A stretch of DNA of 63,998 bases, filler included, from Circinaria calcarea (taxonomy: Eukaryota): the NCBI GenBank assembly GCA_051942165.1. It is 4 parts of 4 records of this genome, joined end to end, with 100 filler letters (N's around TTAATTAATTAA, not from the genome) between each part and the next. Parts side by side here need not be neighbours in the genome. Positions count along the whole stretch, not along the records: positions 1 to 16,049 come from JAVECS010000337.1; positions 16,150 to 32,174 come from JAVECS010000338.1; 2 more parts are not named here. The stretch is one strand, 5' to 3'. Shown here piece by piece: positions 12,220 to 23,355 of this stretch (position 1 is the first letter of the stretch; every line of letters starts with the position of its first letter). A program made the translations under genes and the position numbers. A model generated the notes under the pieces. The model did not search any database. It was not told the origin of the DNA and saw nothing but the letters and a program-made list of their open reading frames with translations.

Positions 12220-13619
12220 CTTGAACTTATGGTAGCTACTAAACAGTCATTAGTTATAAGTCGAATATTGTATTAATAGTCTGGAACCTCTGCCTTACCT
12301 TGGATGTTGCTTATCATAACTACGGTATGAATAATAAGCTAAAGCATTTCCTAGGGCTTCATCTTTCGCTTTATACTTGTGCGTGGTGTTGTATCGAGAC
12401 ATAAATTTAGTGTTGTCCCCGTTGTGTCAAAATTTGTGGTCGGCCTAAGTTGCGAATAAGGTGAGTCCGCAAAATAGAATAGGTATAATTAGGGAGACTT
12501 AATATCATATGGCTTCTGACCAAGTGCACAAACAGAACTATAGGAACGCTTCGTCCTATCCGTGTCCATGCTCATAATATATACCCCGCTCGGACACTCC
12601 CCCATTAATGCACTGACGACTGCCCAGAAATTTTACCTTCTCTAGGAAATAGTGAAAGTATGCTGCAGAGTCCTTACTTTAAGAATGTTAAGCTTCTCCT
12701 GTCCCAAGTAGGCAAATTGAGACCCTCAATAGAGCCGAGCAGTTTCGCCACGTAGGAAATATCAATGATCTCTTCCTGGACAAGACTATTCATGAAAAAA
12801 CCGCAAACAGCTCGGGAAAACCGTTCTGAGAATCGAAAATGTGACCCTTGAACACTAAGATGTTATGAGTAGACCAGCTACTCGAAAATGGGCAGAATAT
12901 GATGAGATCTGTAATGGGTCAAAGAAAGCTTTGGTATAGGTAGAAGTGCCGATACTGGGAAGGTCATCGATAAGTTGAATACTATAAATAATCCTAAGCA
13001 TCTAACTGAAGCTTTGGTATATTGCCTGTCTAGCTGGTTGCTTCGATTGAAGCCCCTCACATTCTAAATCTCCCGTAACCTCAGCGGACTGAGACGGATC
13101 TCCAATGGCGTTTTCCTAGCCTCGAGCGAAGTCGAAAAATTATCCTAAGTACGAGCATTGGGGTACTGGGTCTCCGTTATCCTGTGTCTCGGATTGGCTA
13201 AGAGCGTTTGATTCTTTTAAGGTCGGTTCACCATACGCAGATGGCATAGGTAGCATCTCCGCAAGGACCGCGAAGTAGTACCAGAGAGTATCCGACGAGG
13301 ATACTCTAACAGTTACGCCGAGTATCTCTGATGCAATGCCGAAAGTATAAGAATGTGTAAAGGAGGGAGTAGTAGATGCTCGTTGGATTGGAATAATTAA
13401 CTAAAAGTCTGATTGGCCAAGGCCTCCAAGATACAAGAAGCAGTGAAGGGAAAGGCTGGTTTTAAGGCAGAAATAAAAACAGAAGCAAATAGGTCATTAA
13501 GAGTATGCACTATTAGCCAGATATGCTGGTTCTCAAGTCTAAGTCCCATATTTATCAGATTATTAGCGGAAGAAGTAATGAAGACATACAACTATTTATT
13601 CAATCGTCGATTAGGTCAT

Positions 13620-13975
13620 CTTCCTAAATAAGCTGGACGCCTATAGCTTATCATGCCATGAGCTTCCCCTCTGCCCTGCCTTGCCAACCTCTCCCTCAAA
13701 TTGGTATATAGACGATGGGACACTCTTACTGATGATAAGGCGTACGTCTGCGGGATTCAGGTCCATATTGGCAAAGTAAAAGACCTTAAGTCGCTGTTGG
13801 AGAACCTGATATTACTCGTCGTCAACGTTTGGGTCCACTGCCGGAACAGGATCGCGGGCTTCCGCTTCCACCAATGACCCTAACAGACCTCCAAGCCCGT
13901 CAGGAGTTACCTGGCTTTGAGTTCTTCGAATCCTATGCGGTGTAACTCCTGCCCTTGTCACGGGACGCCTTCGAT
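13620..13975 (-). pseudogene. Fragment of an unrecognised multi-copy gene (paralog of 17633-18648)
   Basis: HRIRRTQSQVTPDGLGGLLGSLVEAEARDP..*YQVLQQRLKVFYFANMDLNPADVRLII..FEG..WHDKL*AS; in-frame stops at 13812-13814 and 13641-13643. Confidence 0.75.
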
Positions 13976-14665
13976 TCCTATTCCTTGCAACTCCCCCCAT
14001 CCTTTGCCGCCTGCCTGACGAGCTTGTTCTTCCTTGGCGTATTCCGCCTCCAGCGCTCTAATGTCTGTAGACATCATCCTCTCCATATCCTTCGCAAACC
14101 TTTTCCCATCGATGCCATCCTCGTTGTATCCCGGGTCTAAAAATCGAACAACAGGCGCCCTGACGTATGCAGCTAAGATGTCGCATGTCTGCATATAATC
14201 CGGATAAGTCGTAGCCCTTATTGGCATAATATTTCTCCCAGGCTTATTATCTGGCAGGTCTATGCCCAGTTTCTTCAGCGCAGGGTAAAACTGGCTAAGG
14301 TAACCGCTACAAAACAATTCCTTCCATTGTTCGATCTCGTACGGTTCAAATACTTTGATGGTTAAGTCGAGTCTGGTTATCCAGTGGCTGTTCCATACGA
14401 GCTGATTGATACCGCCGGTGAATCGGTAAAGAGCATTAGCTGAGAAGAACTCAATCCTGTTGGACGAGTAAAGAAGATTGGTCCCGACATTGTAGATCTG
14501 GGAGCAAGTCTGAAGAATGCTGGGATCGACATCTCCCGCGTGCCAGGAACTTGGGCCACTATCCATTGGATCTTCATAGTAGCTATCGGAACAAGTTGCA
14601 AGAAGATGGGAGAAGATGTTCACCAAGATCTCGTGGGGCAAGAAAGGCAGAGTTGGAGGAGTCAT
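13958..14665 (-). CDS. F-box-like (DUF7730-type) protein, array copy C
   Basis: LPFLPHEILVNIF, SILQTCSQIYNVGTNLLYSSNRIEF, ITRLDLTI. Predicted 5'UTR intron 14699-14750 (GTATGC..CTCAC..CAG). Confidence 0.75.
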   Translation of the reverse strand: MTPPTLPFLPHEILVNIFSHLLATCSDSYYEDPMDSGPSSWHAGDVDPSILQTCSQIYNVGTNLLYSSNRIEFFSANALYRFTGGINQLVWNSHWITRLDLTIKVFEPYEIEQWKELFCSGYLSQFYPALKKLGIDLPDNKPGRNIMPIRATTYPDYMQTCDILAAYVRAPVVRFLDPGYNEDGIDGKRFAKDMERMMSTDIRALEAEYAKEEQARQAGGKGWGELQGIGIEGVP

Positions 14666-15073
14666 GACGCGAAACTCGTATGGTTATCGAATAGTCTTCT
14701 GAATTCATATGTTGGGTGAGCTAGTAGACTTATACGTCTATGGTGCATACTGACAAGGGATCATTCGAGTCGAGGTCAAAAAGTATCAAGTCTAGAACGT
14801 CGCGGTCTCTATGTACGAGAATCGAACAAGAGCGACGCCAATGGAACTGATATCAGCGGTCACCAAAAGCGATAGGTGAGTGTATTTGCGGATCTCTTGG
14901 CGCTGGAGAAAAAGAGGTCAATGTATTCCAAACGGGGAATGCAAATGAGAGTAGGGAGTTATCAAGCGTTTCAAGGTAGGACGAGAGATACTTATACCTA
15001 CAGTAGGTGTTACTTCATATATATTCATTCACAAGCCTTTATATGTGTTGGCAGGTGTTGAAGACATGTAGAC

Positions 15074-15182
15074 TGTGCCCCGCCTGAATAGGCAACAGTA
15101 TGTCTCGCCCGATTAAGCAACAGTGTACCTCGCCCGAATAGCAACAGTGTTGTGCCTCGCCCGAATAGGCAACAGTGTGCCT
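15074..15182. repeat. Minisatellite, ~25 bp x 4 (consensus TGTGCCTCGCCCGAATAGGCAACAG)
   Basis: Units at 15074-15098, 15099-15123, 15124-15147 and 15151-15175, plus a partial fifth. Confidence 0.9.
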
Positions 15183-15910
15183 AACATCCACCCGTCGGAA
15201 CAGTCAACGCAGTGCGCGGCCCACGCACCCTACACCACCTGGAGGCTCAGGCGAAAATTAAAAGACTGCCAGCCGTCTCTTTCAACAGGAGTGTTCATCA
15301 GAAATCGAAAGACTGCGACGCACCCGCTGTGGCTGATTTCTATGCCGGACGTCAATTACGAACCCGATGATTGTTCCAGCTTCTCTGGGCTTGATCGTTA
15401 TGCATATAAGTTAAAAGGCTTTGCATCAACTACAAAGAGTCAAGCCGCCTGAAAGGCCAAAGGGCTATGGCAAGGAAATAGTAAAGGTGCCCGATAGCTA
15501 GGTGAGGCCCATGGTGGGATTTCCTCTGGAAGGCATGAAATATAGTATCAATAGTAATGATCATTCAAGCTAAGAAAGAGTATGAATACTAGAAGAATAC
15601 TGAATATAAATGATGGGAGTTCTTAGATATAAAGGAAGTGCTGTCGGATACCATGTGTAGCAGATGCAGTTGATCAGCCGTCAGAAGATAGACTCATTAC
15701 CGGGGTTCAATAGGCATTCACAGTTTGCTTTATTCCGAATGACCCATCTAAGTCCCCCACACAAAGGAGTCGCGTGAGAAAGCAATCTAAGCCCTAGTAA
15801 ACAGTAGTCTATTTCGCCAACCAACGAAAGTGCTGCTATACCTGATGACAAGTATCATCTGAACACCTCCCAAACCATGATCTAGAGATGGAGATTACTT
15901 ACAGTAAGCA

Positions 15911-16049
15911 TCAGCTGGTGCTCATGTACTTCTTCAAGCCTCGCAGCCTATCCTTGGCTTGCTCCAGAACATCGTCGTTCTTGCAGAAAGCAAACCGCAA
16001 ATAGTTTTCTGCTAGGTGAGCATTCTCGTCGGTATAGAACTCCGTCGGT
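15911..16049 (-). CDS. BNA3: Kynurenine aminotransferase (class I PLP aminotransferase), C-terminal fragment cut by the contig end
   Basis: Translates PTEFYTDENAHLAENYLRFAFCKNDDVLEQAKDRLRGLKKYMSTS*, matching the Bna3/KAT C-terminus. Too short for the ORF track. Confidence 0.85.
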
Positions 16050-16149
16050 NNNNNNNNNNNNNNNNNNNNNNNNNNNNNNNNNNNNNNNNNNNNTTAATTA
16101 ATTAANNNNNNNNNNNNNNNNNNNNNNNNNNNNNNNNNNNNNNNNNNNN
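16050..16149. other. Artificial contig spacer N44-TTAATTAATTAA-N44
   Basis: Exactly 100 nt with a six-frame stop linker; identical to the other two gaps. Confidence 0.98.
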
Positions 16150-16601
16150 TCAATGCATATCACATCGGGAAGCATCAGTGCACTCTGTACCGGCTGCAAT
16201 ATCGGAAGCCTTGGTCGTATCAGACACCTGAAACGTCCTCCAGTGTTTGCTACCTGGCCGCAGTTCCGACTGGCTCTTCCCAACAGCAGCTTTCGTATTC
16301 TCCTGCAGTTAACCAGGGACTGGCCCTGCCAACCTACCTGATGGCAGATGGAAAGAGTGGTGTTGCTAAATATGCATCGGATGCAGCATTAAACGGGAGA
16401 GTGGACCGAAATTCTTCATATTCGGCAGTCACCTCGTGATACCTATGATAGGCGAGTAACGGATGGTATGGAATCAGGTACATAGCCCTCTCCTTCCGCT
16501 CAAACTGTTACTTTCTTTCCTTCCTACGCCTTTCAAATCCCGGAGACTCCTTTCCCTACATCTCCCAAGTCCCAGAGTCCATCGTTCAAACAGCGGCAAA
16601 G

Positions 16602-17330
16602 ATGTCGAAGTTATTCTCCTTGGCTGCTCTACTTCTTTACATCTCTGTCCCTAGCACCAACCCCGCTGCTGTTCCCGTTCCTGTTCCCGCAGCCGAAAGG
16701 GCCTCCCCCGAAGTCATTCCCGGCCCTGGCCTGCCCAGCCTAGCCTCGCTCGGTCTTACATCTGCCGAGCTTTATCAGAGTAAGGATAAGCATAACTACA
16801 CTTTGCCTCTACTTACCAGAAGACTCACGAGTTTACAGCGAGTCCTACCCTTGACGGTAACCTTGACAGGCGTAACAAGCTCTTCGAACCATATTGCGGA
16901 GGAGGCCGCGGCGCCACGGCTGACATTAACGATGTGATGGCGTGTTATCACTACCTCCAGAGCATTGGCCACCAAGAATGCCGGATCCCGGCCGATAACA
17001 ACCAACACAGGATGTGCAGTGCCGGGACCGCCAACGTCAATGGTATTGATGCTACTAACCACGATACGGCGTCAATTTGGTGAGAAAGAAAGAAAAATTC
17101 TCTATTACATCGAAGATTACACTGACGCCGCCAAAAAGCTCAGATGTCGCCCTGGCCGTTCGATATGTCTTCACTCACTGCAATACCAATGGCCAGGTGG
17201 AGGGTAGGTCTTTACAACTTCCATTTCGGTGATTTGATTCGATTCCGAACTAATGCAACATCCCCTAGGCGACGCAGCTGCAAATGGAAACGGTGATCTT
17301 ATCGTTGTCGTCGGGCGCCGGTTCGGGTGA
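16602..17330 (+). CDS. Small secreted cysteine-rich protein (KP4/Ecp2-like effector candidate), 4 exons
   Basis: Signal peptide; pro-region EVIPGPGLPSLASLGLTSAELY; Kex2-like LDRR. The spliced mature part has 6 Cys (PYC..MACYHYL..QEC..RMC..SICSDVALAV..THC) and ends GDAAANGNGDLIVVVGRRFG*. Three GT..AG introns keep the frame. Confidence 0.8.
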
Positions 17331-17632
17331 TGGAAGCGCAAGGGAGGCCTTGGTAGCTAGCCCTCCGGTAATACGAGGAAGGGGGGCTGATTGATACGGG
17401 CCAGAAAAACAACAGAACATGTCATGTCTTGTAGGGCTTTTGAACAATCTTACTCCGTATCCATCCCACTGAATCACTCTCCCACGACCTTTCCCTCGAA
17501 AGTTTTCCTGCCCCCACCTAAACCCTTTCCAAAGCCTTTCCAAAGTGAATCCGAACCAACACCTATAAACACACCCCTCTAAGATTCTCACACTCTTTCT
17601 CCTCCCAATCCTCTCTCTCTCCCCCCCTCTCC

Positions 17633-18648
17633 CTAGCCACCCCCGTTTCCACCCAGATCAGGTTGTCGTAGATTACGCCTTCCACGGTCGTGGACTCCGC
17701 CTCGGTGGATGGGTATATCGGAAGGGGGCGGACGATCTGGGAAAAAATAATTCGGAGCTGCTCGGATATTCGCGTATATTTATAAATGATCCTTTAAAAT
17801 AGCCTGTTCTTCTAATTTATATTATAGCCTATACTTCCAGGTGGAGGTACAAACTATAATAAAAATGGTTTCAAAATACCGGCCTTAGAAGGCATGTTCC
17901 AAAACATCATCAATTTCGATCGTCTTACTTAAAGGCGCTAGAACAAGCGCAGCCACCTCAATAATATATCTGGTAAAAAATAACCAGAAGGCTTGTACTT
18001 CTTCCTTAATTAACAAAATTAATATCCTTCCCGTACTTCGTTTGAATTCGATCACGTTATCGTCAACCTATTACACTTGTTACTAACAAAGCGCGATACG
18101 AGATATTTACTTACAAATTTCAAAAAATAGGGCGAGGCCCATAATTTATTCTGCCATTGTATACGATTTACCTCCGCCCTTCGAATCTTTCCCTCGAATC
18201 TCTACGTTGACGACGGCACGACCATTTCATTAATAATAACGCGGACGTCCTCGGGATTAAGGTCCATATTGGCGAAATAAAAGACCTTGAGGCGTTGCTG
18301 AAGAACACGGGTCTCCTTAGTATCGATATTTAGATCGATTTCAGGAGCTGGCTCCCTAGCCTCTGCTTCCACCAAGGACCCAAGTAGACCTCCACGCCCA
18401 GCAGGTGTCACTTCGCTTTGCGTTTTTCTAATCCTATGCGATATCAGACCTGGTCTTGATACTATCCCGGAATCCCTTCGGCGACGGTTACTGGGGCTGG
18501 GGCTGCTGGAGCCCGACCCGGAACTGAGGGTTCGTTGATGTCTCGCACGCGTTCGCCATTATCCGCTATCGCTGTGGCGTCATTGGTTGTTGACCCCGGC
18601 GCTCGATGTCTGCCCAACCAAATCCCTCAATACATCAAACCCCCTCAT
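17633..18648 (-). pseudogene. Inactivated copy of an unrecognised multi-copy gene (possibly transposon-borne, RIP-like mutations)
   Basis: Frame runs from ATG 18648 through SHRIRKTQSEVTPAGRGGLLGSLVEAEARE..VLQQRLKVFYFANMDLNPEDVRVII..*RFEG..WQNKLWASPYFLKF, a putative intron 18068-18114, then ~145 more codons. It has six internal stops, all one transition from CAA/CAG/CGA/TGG, no frameshift, and local TpA enrichment. Confidence 0.7.
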
Positions 18649-19329
18649 CCCGTATATATATATATGTATGTAAAAAGGGACCGAAAAGTCCACTTAAAAC
18701 CAGCTCCCGCTCACAAGTAGAGAAAAGATGTAGTCGTTCCCCCGTTGTGGATGGGGGGGAGGGAGAAGGGGGGTTTTCAAATTCAAAATTTGATCTAGAT
18801 TCCCCTGTCGGTTCTCAGAAGAAAACTTATGTAAAGGGGGGGGATACCGAAACGATACTTGAGTCTGGAGGTCTGGGGGGGAATGGCCATGCTATGAGGA
18901 GCATACATAACGGACACTTGAAACAAAAGGGGGGGGTCTTGTCTCTACGTCTTCCCTAAACCACCCCCCTCCCCCCCCCATTAAGAAAAAAAAAGTATGA
19001 TATCTGGGCATGGAAAACGAATGCTTTCGCTACAGCTACATGTATCTATATATTGGCTTCCCCCCTACAATGGACTGTGATTCCGCACCCCCTCATCCTC
19101 ATAAAGAACCACTCCCATTTCGCGCCTTCTCCCGTGTCTCCCGTATACCTAATCTTATGATAAAAAGCCACACCCGCTGGCCCCTCTTCCTATGCAAAGT
19201 GAAATATAAAAAGAAAAAAACCTTCCCGTGTGATAATTCGAGTGTACAGGCCCAAAAGAACCCAGTCAGTCCACCGGCGGCAGTAGTCGCCGCTGCGAAC
19301 ATGTCTTCCGAATCAACTAACCGTCACTC

Positions 19330-20805
19330 CTAAGCTTTGGTCTTTCCCTTCTTCTCCTCCTCCCCCTTTTCCGCATCCCGGACCACCTTCTCAACTTCCA
19401 CCGGTATCCCCTCGACCTTCTTTACCTTCTTCCCTTCCTGAAATGTCATCAGACCACCGAGCGCGGCCACGATGCAGGCAAGCGCGACAAAGGTCCCCGT
19501 ACTCCAACTCGGTCGATCGAAACGGTTCAAGCCCCACATGAAGCCCGAGAGCACGCATTGCAGAAAGGTATTCAGCACAAAGGCCCAGATTACATAGTCG
19601 AGTTTCCAGATAGCTGTTGGTGGTGCCCGCACGCCAGTCAAGGGAGGTTCGGGTGTTTTGGATAGAGGGAGAGGGAGTGATGCAAAGTCGATGTCGGACT
19701 GGGTCTGGATATCCGTCTCTGCGTTTCCAATACCCACAGGCAGACGATCGCTTCCCGGTAATCGGAACCAGCTACGGTGGATGCCTGCCAGTTTTCGCAG
19801 CGCGTCGTGGTTCTTACCGATCCGGTATTTCAGTAGGTAATATAGATCTCGGAACCGCCACGGAACTAGGCCAAAGCCTGTAACGCAAAAAAGCGCGTTC
19901 AAAATCTGCGAATCTGTCTCGATCCATATACGTCGAGGGGCATCAATGTTGTTGCAGTCTTTGATGCCTTGGAGCTTAGCTGGGTAGCACATCCTTGGTG
20001 CCGCACCGCAGAGGAGAAGAAAGAGCATGCCGCCCCAAGCGACGACGTTAAGTCCGTAGAGAACGATTGCAAAACCTAAAGGCGTGAGGGTGAACTTCCA
20101 AAAGGCTTTAAGGCCGATGACGGTTGCTTCCGACCATGTGTGCTTTGCTGGAAATTTATATCCGTTGGGATAGACACCATCGGCGTCTGGGCCGACCGCT
20201 GTCGTAGGTTGGTTGGAGGAGGATGGCAGGGGGTGGGCACCAAGTATGTGATTCGCCTTTTCGGAGCGAATTGGTTGTGCTGCCAGCTCGTCGAGATCGG
20301 AATCTGCACCTGGAGGTCTGACAATCTTCCTTCCGCCTTTGACAAAGCATTGATCTGTCATCTCCCCGCGGCCAAATATCATGTCGGGGAAGTCATCCTG
20401 GTCTTCTTCAATATCGGCAAACGGCTCTTTGGCTGTTGAGGCTGTCACCGGGGTTTGCTGCCCTCCGGACGTGATAGTAGGACTCTGTGCTGAGCTTGAC
20501 CGCGACAATGATCTCCTACTTTGACTGATGGCACTGTTTCTGCGCTGCCCTTCTCCGTCCCATCCATTGCTCCCAAAGCTGCCTCGTCTGATCTCTGCGA
20601 GCGAAGGCGCCTTGGATGCCACTTCCCCGGTCGCCTGCCACATGCCAAGAGGAACATGGGATTCCATGAACTTGACAGATGCACCCCGGAGTCTGCCTGA
20701 AGTATCCGATGGACCTCGTGGTCGTGAATGAGAATGCGAAGAGGTTTGCCTGACCGGCGACTTTGGGGAGGTGGGCAAAGATGGTGAGACAGGGGACGGC
20801 GCCAT
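19330..20805 (-). CDS. DUF2985-family membrane protein
   Basis: YGLNVVAWGGMLFLLLC..WIETDSQILNALFCVTGFGLVPWRFRDLY signature; four hydrophobic segments; intronless 491 aa. Confidence 0.85.
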   Translation of the reverse strand: MAPSPVSPSLPTSPKSPVRQTSSHSHSRPRGPSDTSGRLRGASVKFMESHVPLGMWQATGEVASKAPSLAEIRRGSFGSNGWDGEGQRRNSAISQSRRSLSRSSSAQSPTITSGGQQTPVTASTAKEPFADIEEDQDDFPDMIFGRGEMTDQCFVKGGRKIVRPPGADSDLDELAAQPIRSEKANHILGAHPLPSSSNQPTTAVGPDADGVYPNGYKFPAKHTWSEATVIGLKAFWKFTLTPLGFAIVLYGLNVVAWGGMLFLLLCGAAPRMCYPAKLQGIKDCNNIDAPRRIWIETDSQILNALFCVTGFGLVPWRFRDLYYLLKYRIGKNHDALRKLAGIHRSWFRLPGSDRLPVGIGNAETDIQTQSDIDFASLPLPLSKTPEPPLTGVRAPPTAIWKLDYVIWAFVLNTFLQCVLSGFMWGLNRFDRPSWSTGTFVALACIVAALGGLMTFQEGKKVKKVEGIPVEVEKVVRDAEKGEEEKKGKTKA

Positions 20806-21425
20806 TGTGGTGTCCTGACTTGTACGGTCACCTATAGCGATATATCCCTTGAGACCCTGAAAGCCGATTCTGGTAATGATGGTAGTGTCGTTGTTAGGTT
20901 CGTTGGATTAATGGATATAGGGGCTGAGGCGAATGTTGCTGGGTGTATATGCCGGGGTTGGATGTTATGTTGCTGCTCCGTCCTCAGTTACCAGAGTGTA
21001 GTTACTCTCACATGCCTGAGTATAATAATAACATGCTGGTCAATGATGATTTGCGAATTCCTGACGAGTAACAACAGCGCGTGGAGAATCACGCCCTGTT
21101 ATGATTCAATCAATGCAGCGTCTGAATACGCACGTGTGGCGTAGCTTAATTTTCCATGTGGGGTCGCCAAGATCGAAGTTGAACCAGCATTTCTATTGTT
21201 TACCCCTGCACCGATTTCTATTTTGCATATGAAATCACGAGTACCCGTGTGTACAAAGGCATGTCACCATTTAACGGGTTGGAATGGAATATTTGCATTC
21301 TGGCGAACAGCGTCACGAAACCGGATCGCGAGTTTAGAACGGACCAATTGTAACGAACTGACAGCCTCACAATCAGCCAAATCAGAAGCTCAACTCCTTC
21401 ACAATCCCGTACCCATTCTCGCACA

Positions 21426-21998
21426 ATGGCCCCTTCCGCAACCATCAACGCCTCCCCTTCCCACTCCGCTCTTACAACCTTTATCCACACGTCGACACCC
21501 CCTTCCGCCTCCCTCACCCACCCTCTGCACTACCACCACCTTGCCTCCCAAGTCCTTCATAATCTCCGTTATCAACACGACTGGACCTCCCTCCAAATTC
21601 ATACGCACTCTCCTCTCTCGGCCCACTCTGAAACCCTTCTCCCTCGCCCACTCATCTCTGGCCTCCCACCGCACAGGATCTACATCCATCCTGATGAACA
21701 GATCGAACTGCTGAAGAAGGGGGCGGAAGGAGGGAAGGAGGATGAGGAAAAGAGGGAGAGGGAATGGGTGCTGCCGACGCACTTGAAGGAAAAGTGGTGT
21801 TTGCGACGTTTTGCGGAGGTGTTTGATGCCGTGGGTGAGACCCCGCCGGACGGAGAGCAGGACGAAAACGGAAGGGAGGGCGCAGCCGTAGAGAAGAGGA
21901 GGGGTGGAAAGAGGGTGCTGCTGGCTACTGTTAGTGATGACAGTACCGTGGTTTATTACATCGTACACGATGGAATTGTGAAGCCACGGCAGAACTGA
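21426..21998 (+). CDS. SEN15: tRNA-splicing endonuclease subunit Sen15
   Basis: HNLRYQHDWT, EWVLPTHLKEKW and the diagnostic KRVLLATVSDDSTVVYYIVHDGIVKPRQN terminus. Confidence 0.93.
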   Translation: MAPSATINASPSHSALTTFIHTSTPPSASLTHPLHYHHLASQVLHNLRYQHDWTSLQIHTHSPLSAHSETLLPRPLISGLPPHRIYIHPDEQIELLKKGAEGGKEDEEKREREWVLPTHLKEKWCLRRFAEVFDAVGETPPDGEQDENGREGAAVEKRRGGKRVLLATVSDDSTVVYYIVHDGIVKPRQN

Positions 21999-22267
21999 GG
22001 GAGTCGTGGATTGGTAAGTGGTAATATATTCGCTCCACTATAACCATGACACCAGTTGCCAATTACCTATTGGCTTACTTGAAGATCCCTATTCGCCAGA
22101 GGAACTCTGAAAAGACTTCCAAGCAACAGATTCCCACGCTCTTAGATTCCTCCAAATAAGACATAAGAACGTCAGCAGAGATGGCGCTCTTCCAACATCA
22201 GGTGTATGCCAGATACCAAATTAGACATCGACTGGAGACTCAGGAGTTCGGTCCCACCAAAAAATGA

Positions 22268-23355
22268 TCAGTTGGATACACCTTTAACGTCTCCCACCCA
22301 CCAGAACATGGTTCCTGTCAATGCTGCTGCGGTAGCCCAAACACATGCCCACCCAGCGGCTCCATAGCCTTCCGTACCTTCAACAGTCCCATAGACTTGC
22401 AGATAAGTGTAGATATAAGTGGCGGCGGCCAGTGTTGCAGTTCTCTTGATCAGTGTCCTGGTCCGTTTTGAGTATCCCCAGACATTGTACCTGATTGTCT
22501 CGGCCAAGGTAGCAGTCTCCGGATTGAATGCAAGATTCCTAATGTCACCGAGATCTCGCTTTGCCCCAGTTGCAGGCGTAAATAAGAATGCTCTAGCTGC
22601 GTAGCCCAGGGGCGTAAACGCCAAGATCAAAAACGGCAAAGCAGCATCGTGTGCAGCAGATATGTCCTTTATCCCGTCAAAGTAGAGTACTAGGTGCACG
22701 GGAAGCCATGTCTTAAAGCTGGCATATACAACAACTCCATAGATACCTGCTGCGAGCAAGGTAGTGTAGAGCTGCACAGGCAAATCGTTGAGGATCGATC
22801 TGTTCGAGACAGCACCTTTCGGCGCCTCGGGATTGTGAGTCGGAGACAATGGTCGGAGGTATCGAAACGGAATATAAGTTGATATGGTATCAATGATGAG
22901 AGACGCTATCAACGTAGTAGGACGGATGCCATAAAAAGTCGTGAGCAAATAGAGAGGCGGCACGTGCGATAGAAAGGTCAAGCTTGCGAGGTCAATGCCT
23001 ATCGAGAGCGTGTTAATAGACAGCTCTAACAAGACTGCTAGATAAGATTGGCAAAGAATGCTGAGATGGGGTGCATACCGTCATATCCTCCCCACCAGCC
23101 TATTGCCAGTTCGGCAGCTTTGAAGCCTAGCAAACCAAGCACTTGCCACCATTCGACCAGCCTTCTGCTCACAACCGCGAGGTCATCTGCCCTCAGATCC
23201 GCCGTGAGGGAGTAAAGTAATGCGGACAAGCTCATGCTCATAAACACCGCGAGCGGAAAGCGAAGGGCGGTGGGTATCTTGTGGGTGGGCAGTACCGGAG
23301 GCGATGATGCGGTCGCGACTGCACCACCATTCGCCATCTTCTTACGCGAAACCAT
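22268..23355 (-). CDS. Conserved fungal multi-pass membrane protein, 2 exons
   Basis: Exon 1 from MVSRKKM (ATG 23355) to ..WWGGYD; intron ~23037-23078; exon 2 hydrophobic (LASLTFLSHVPPLYLLTTFYGI..FNPETATLAET..TVEGTEGYGAAGW). Confidence 0.75.

Noticed and set aside
15074..15182. Repeat array as a possible CRISPR
   Set aside because: Units are directly adjacent with no unique spacers, there are no cas genes, and the context is eukaryotic.
16094..16105. TTAATTAATTAA motif recurring three times at ~16 kb spacing
   Set aside because: Artificial linker embedded in N runs, not biological.
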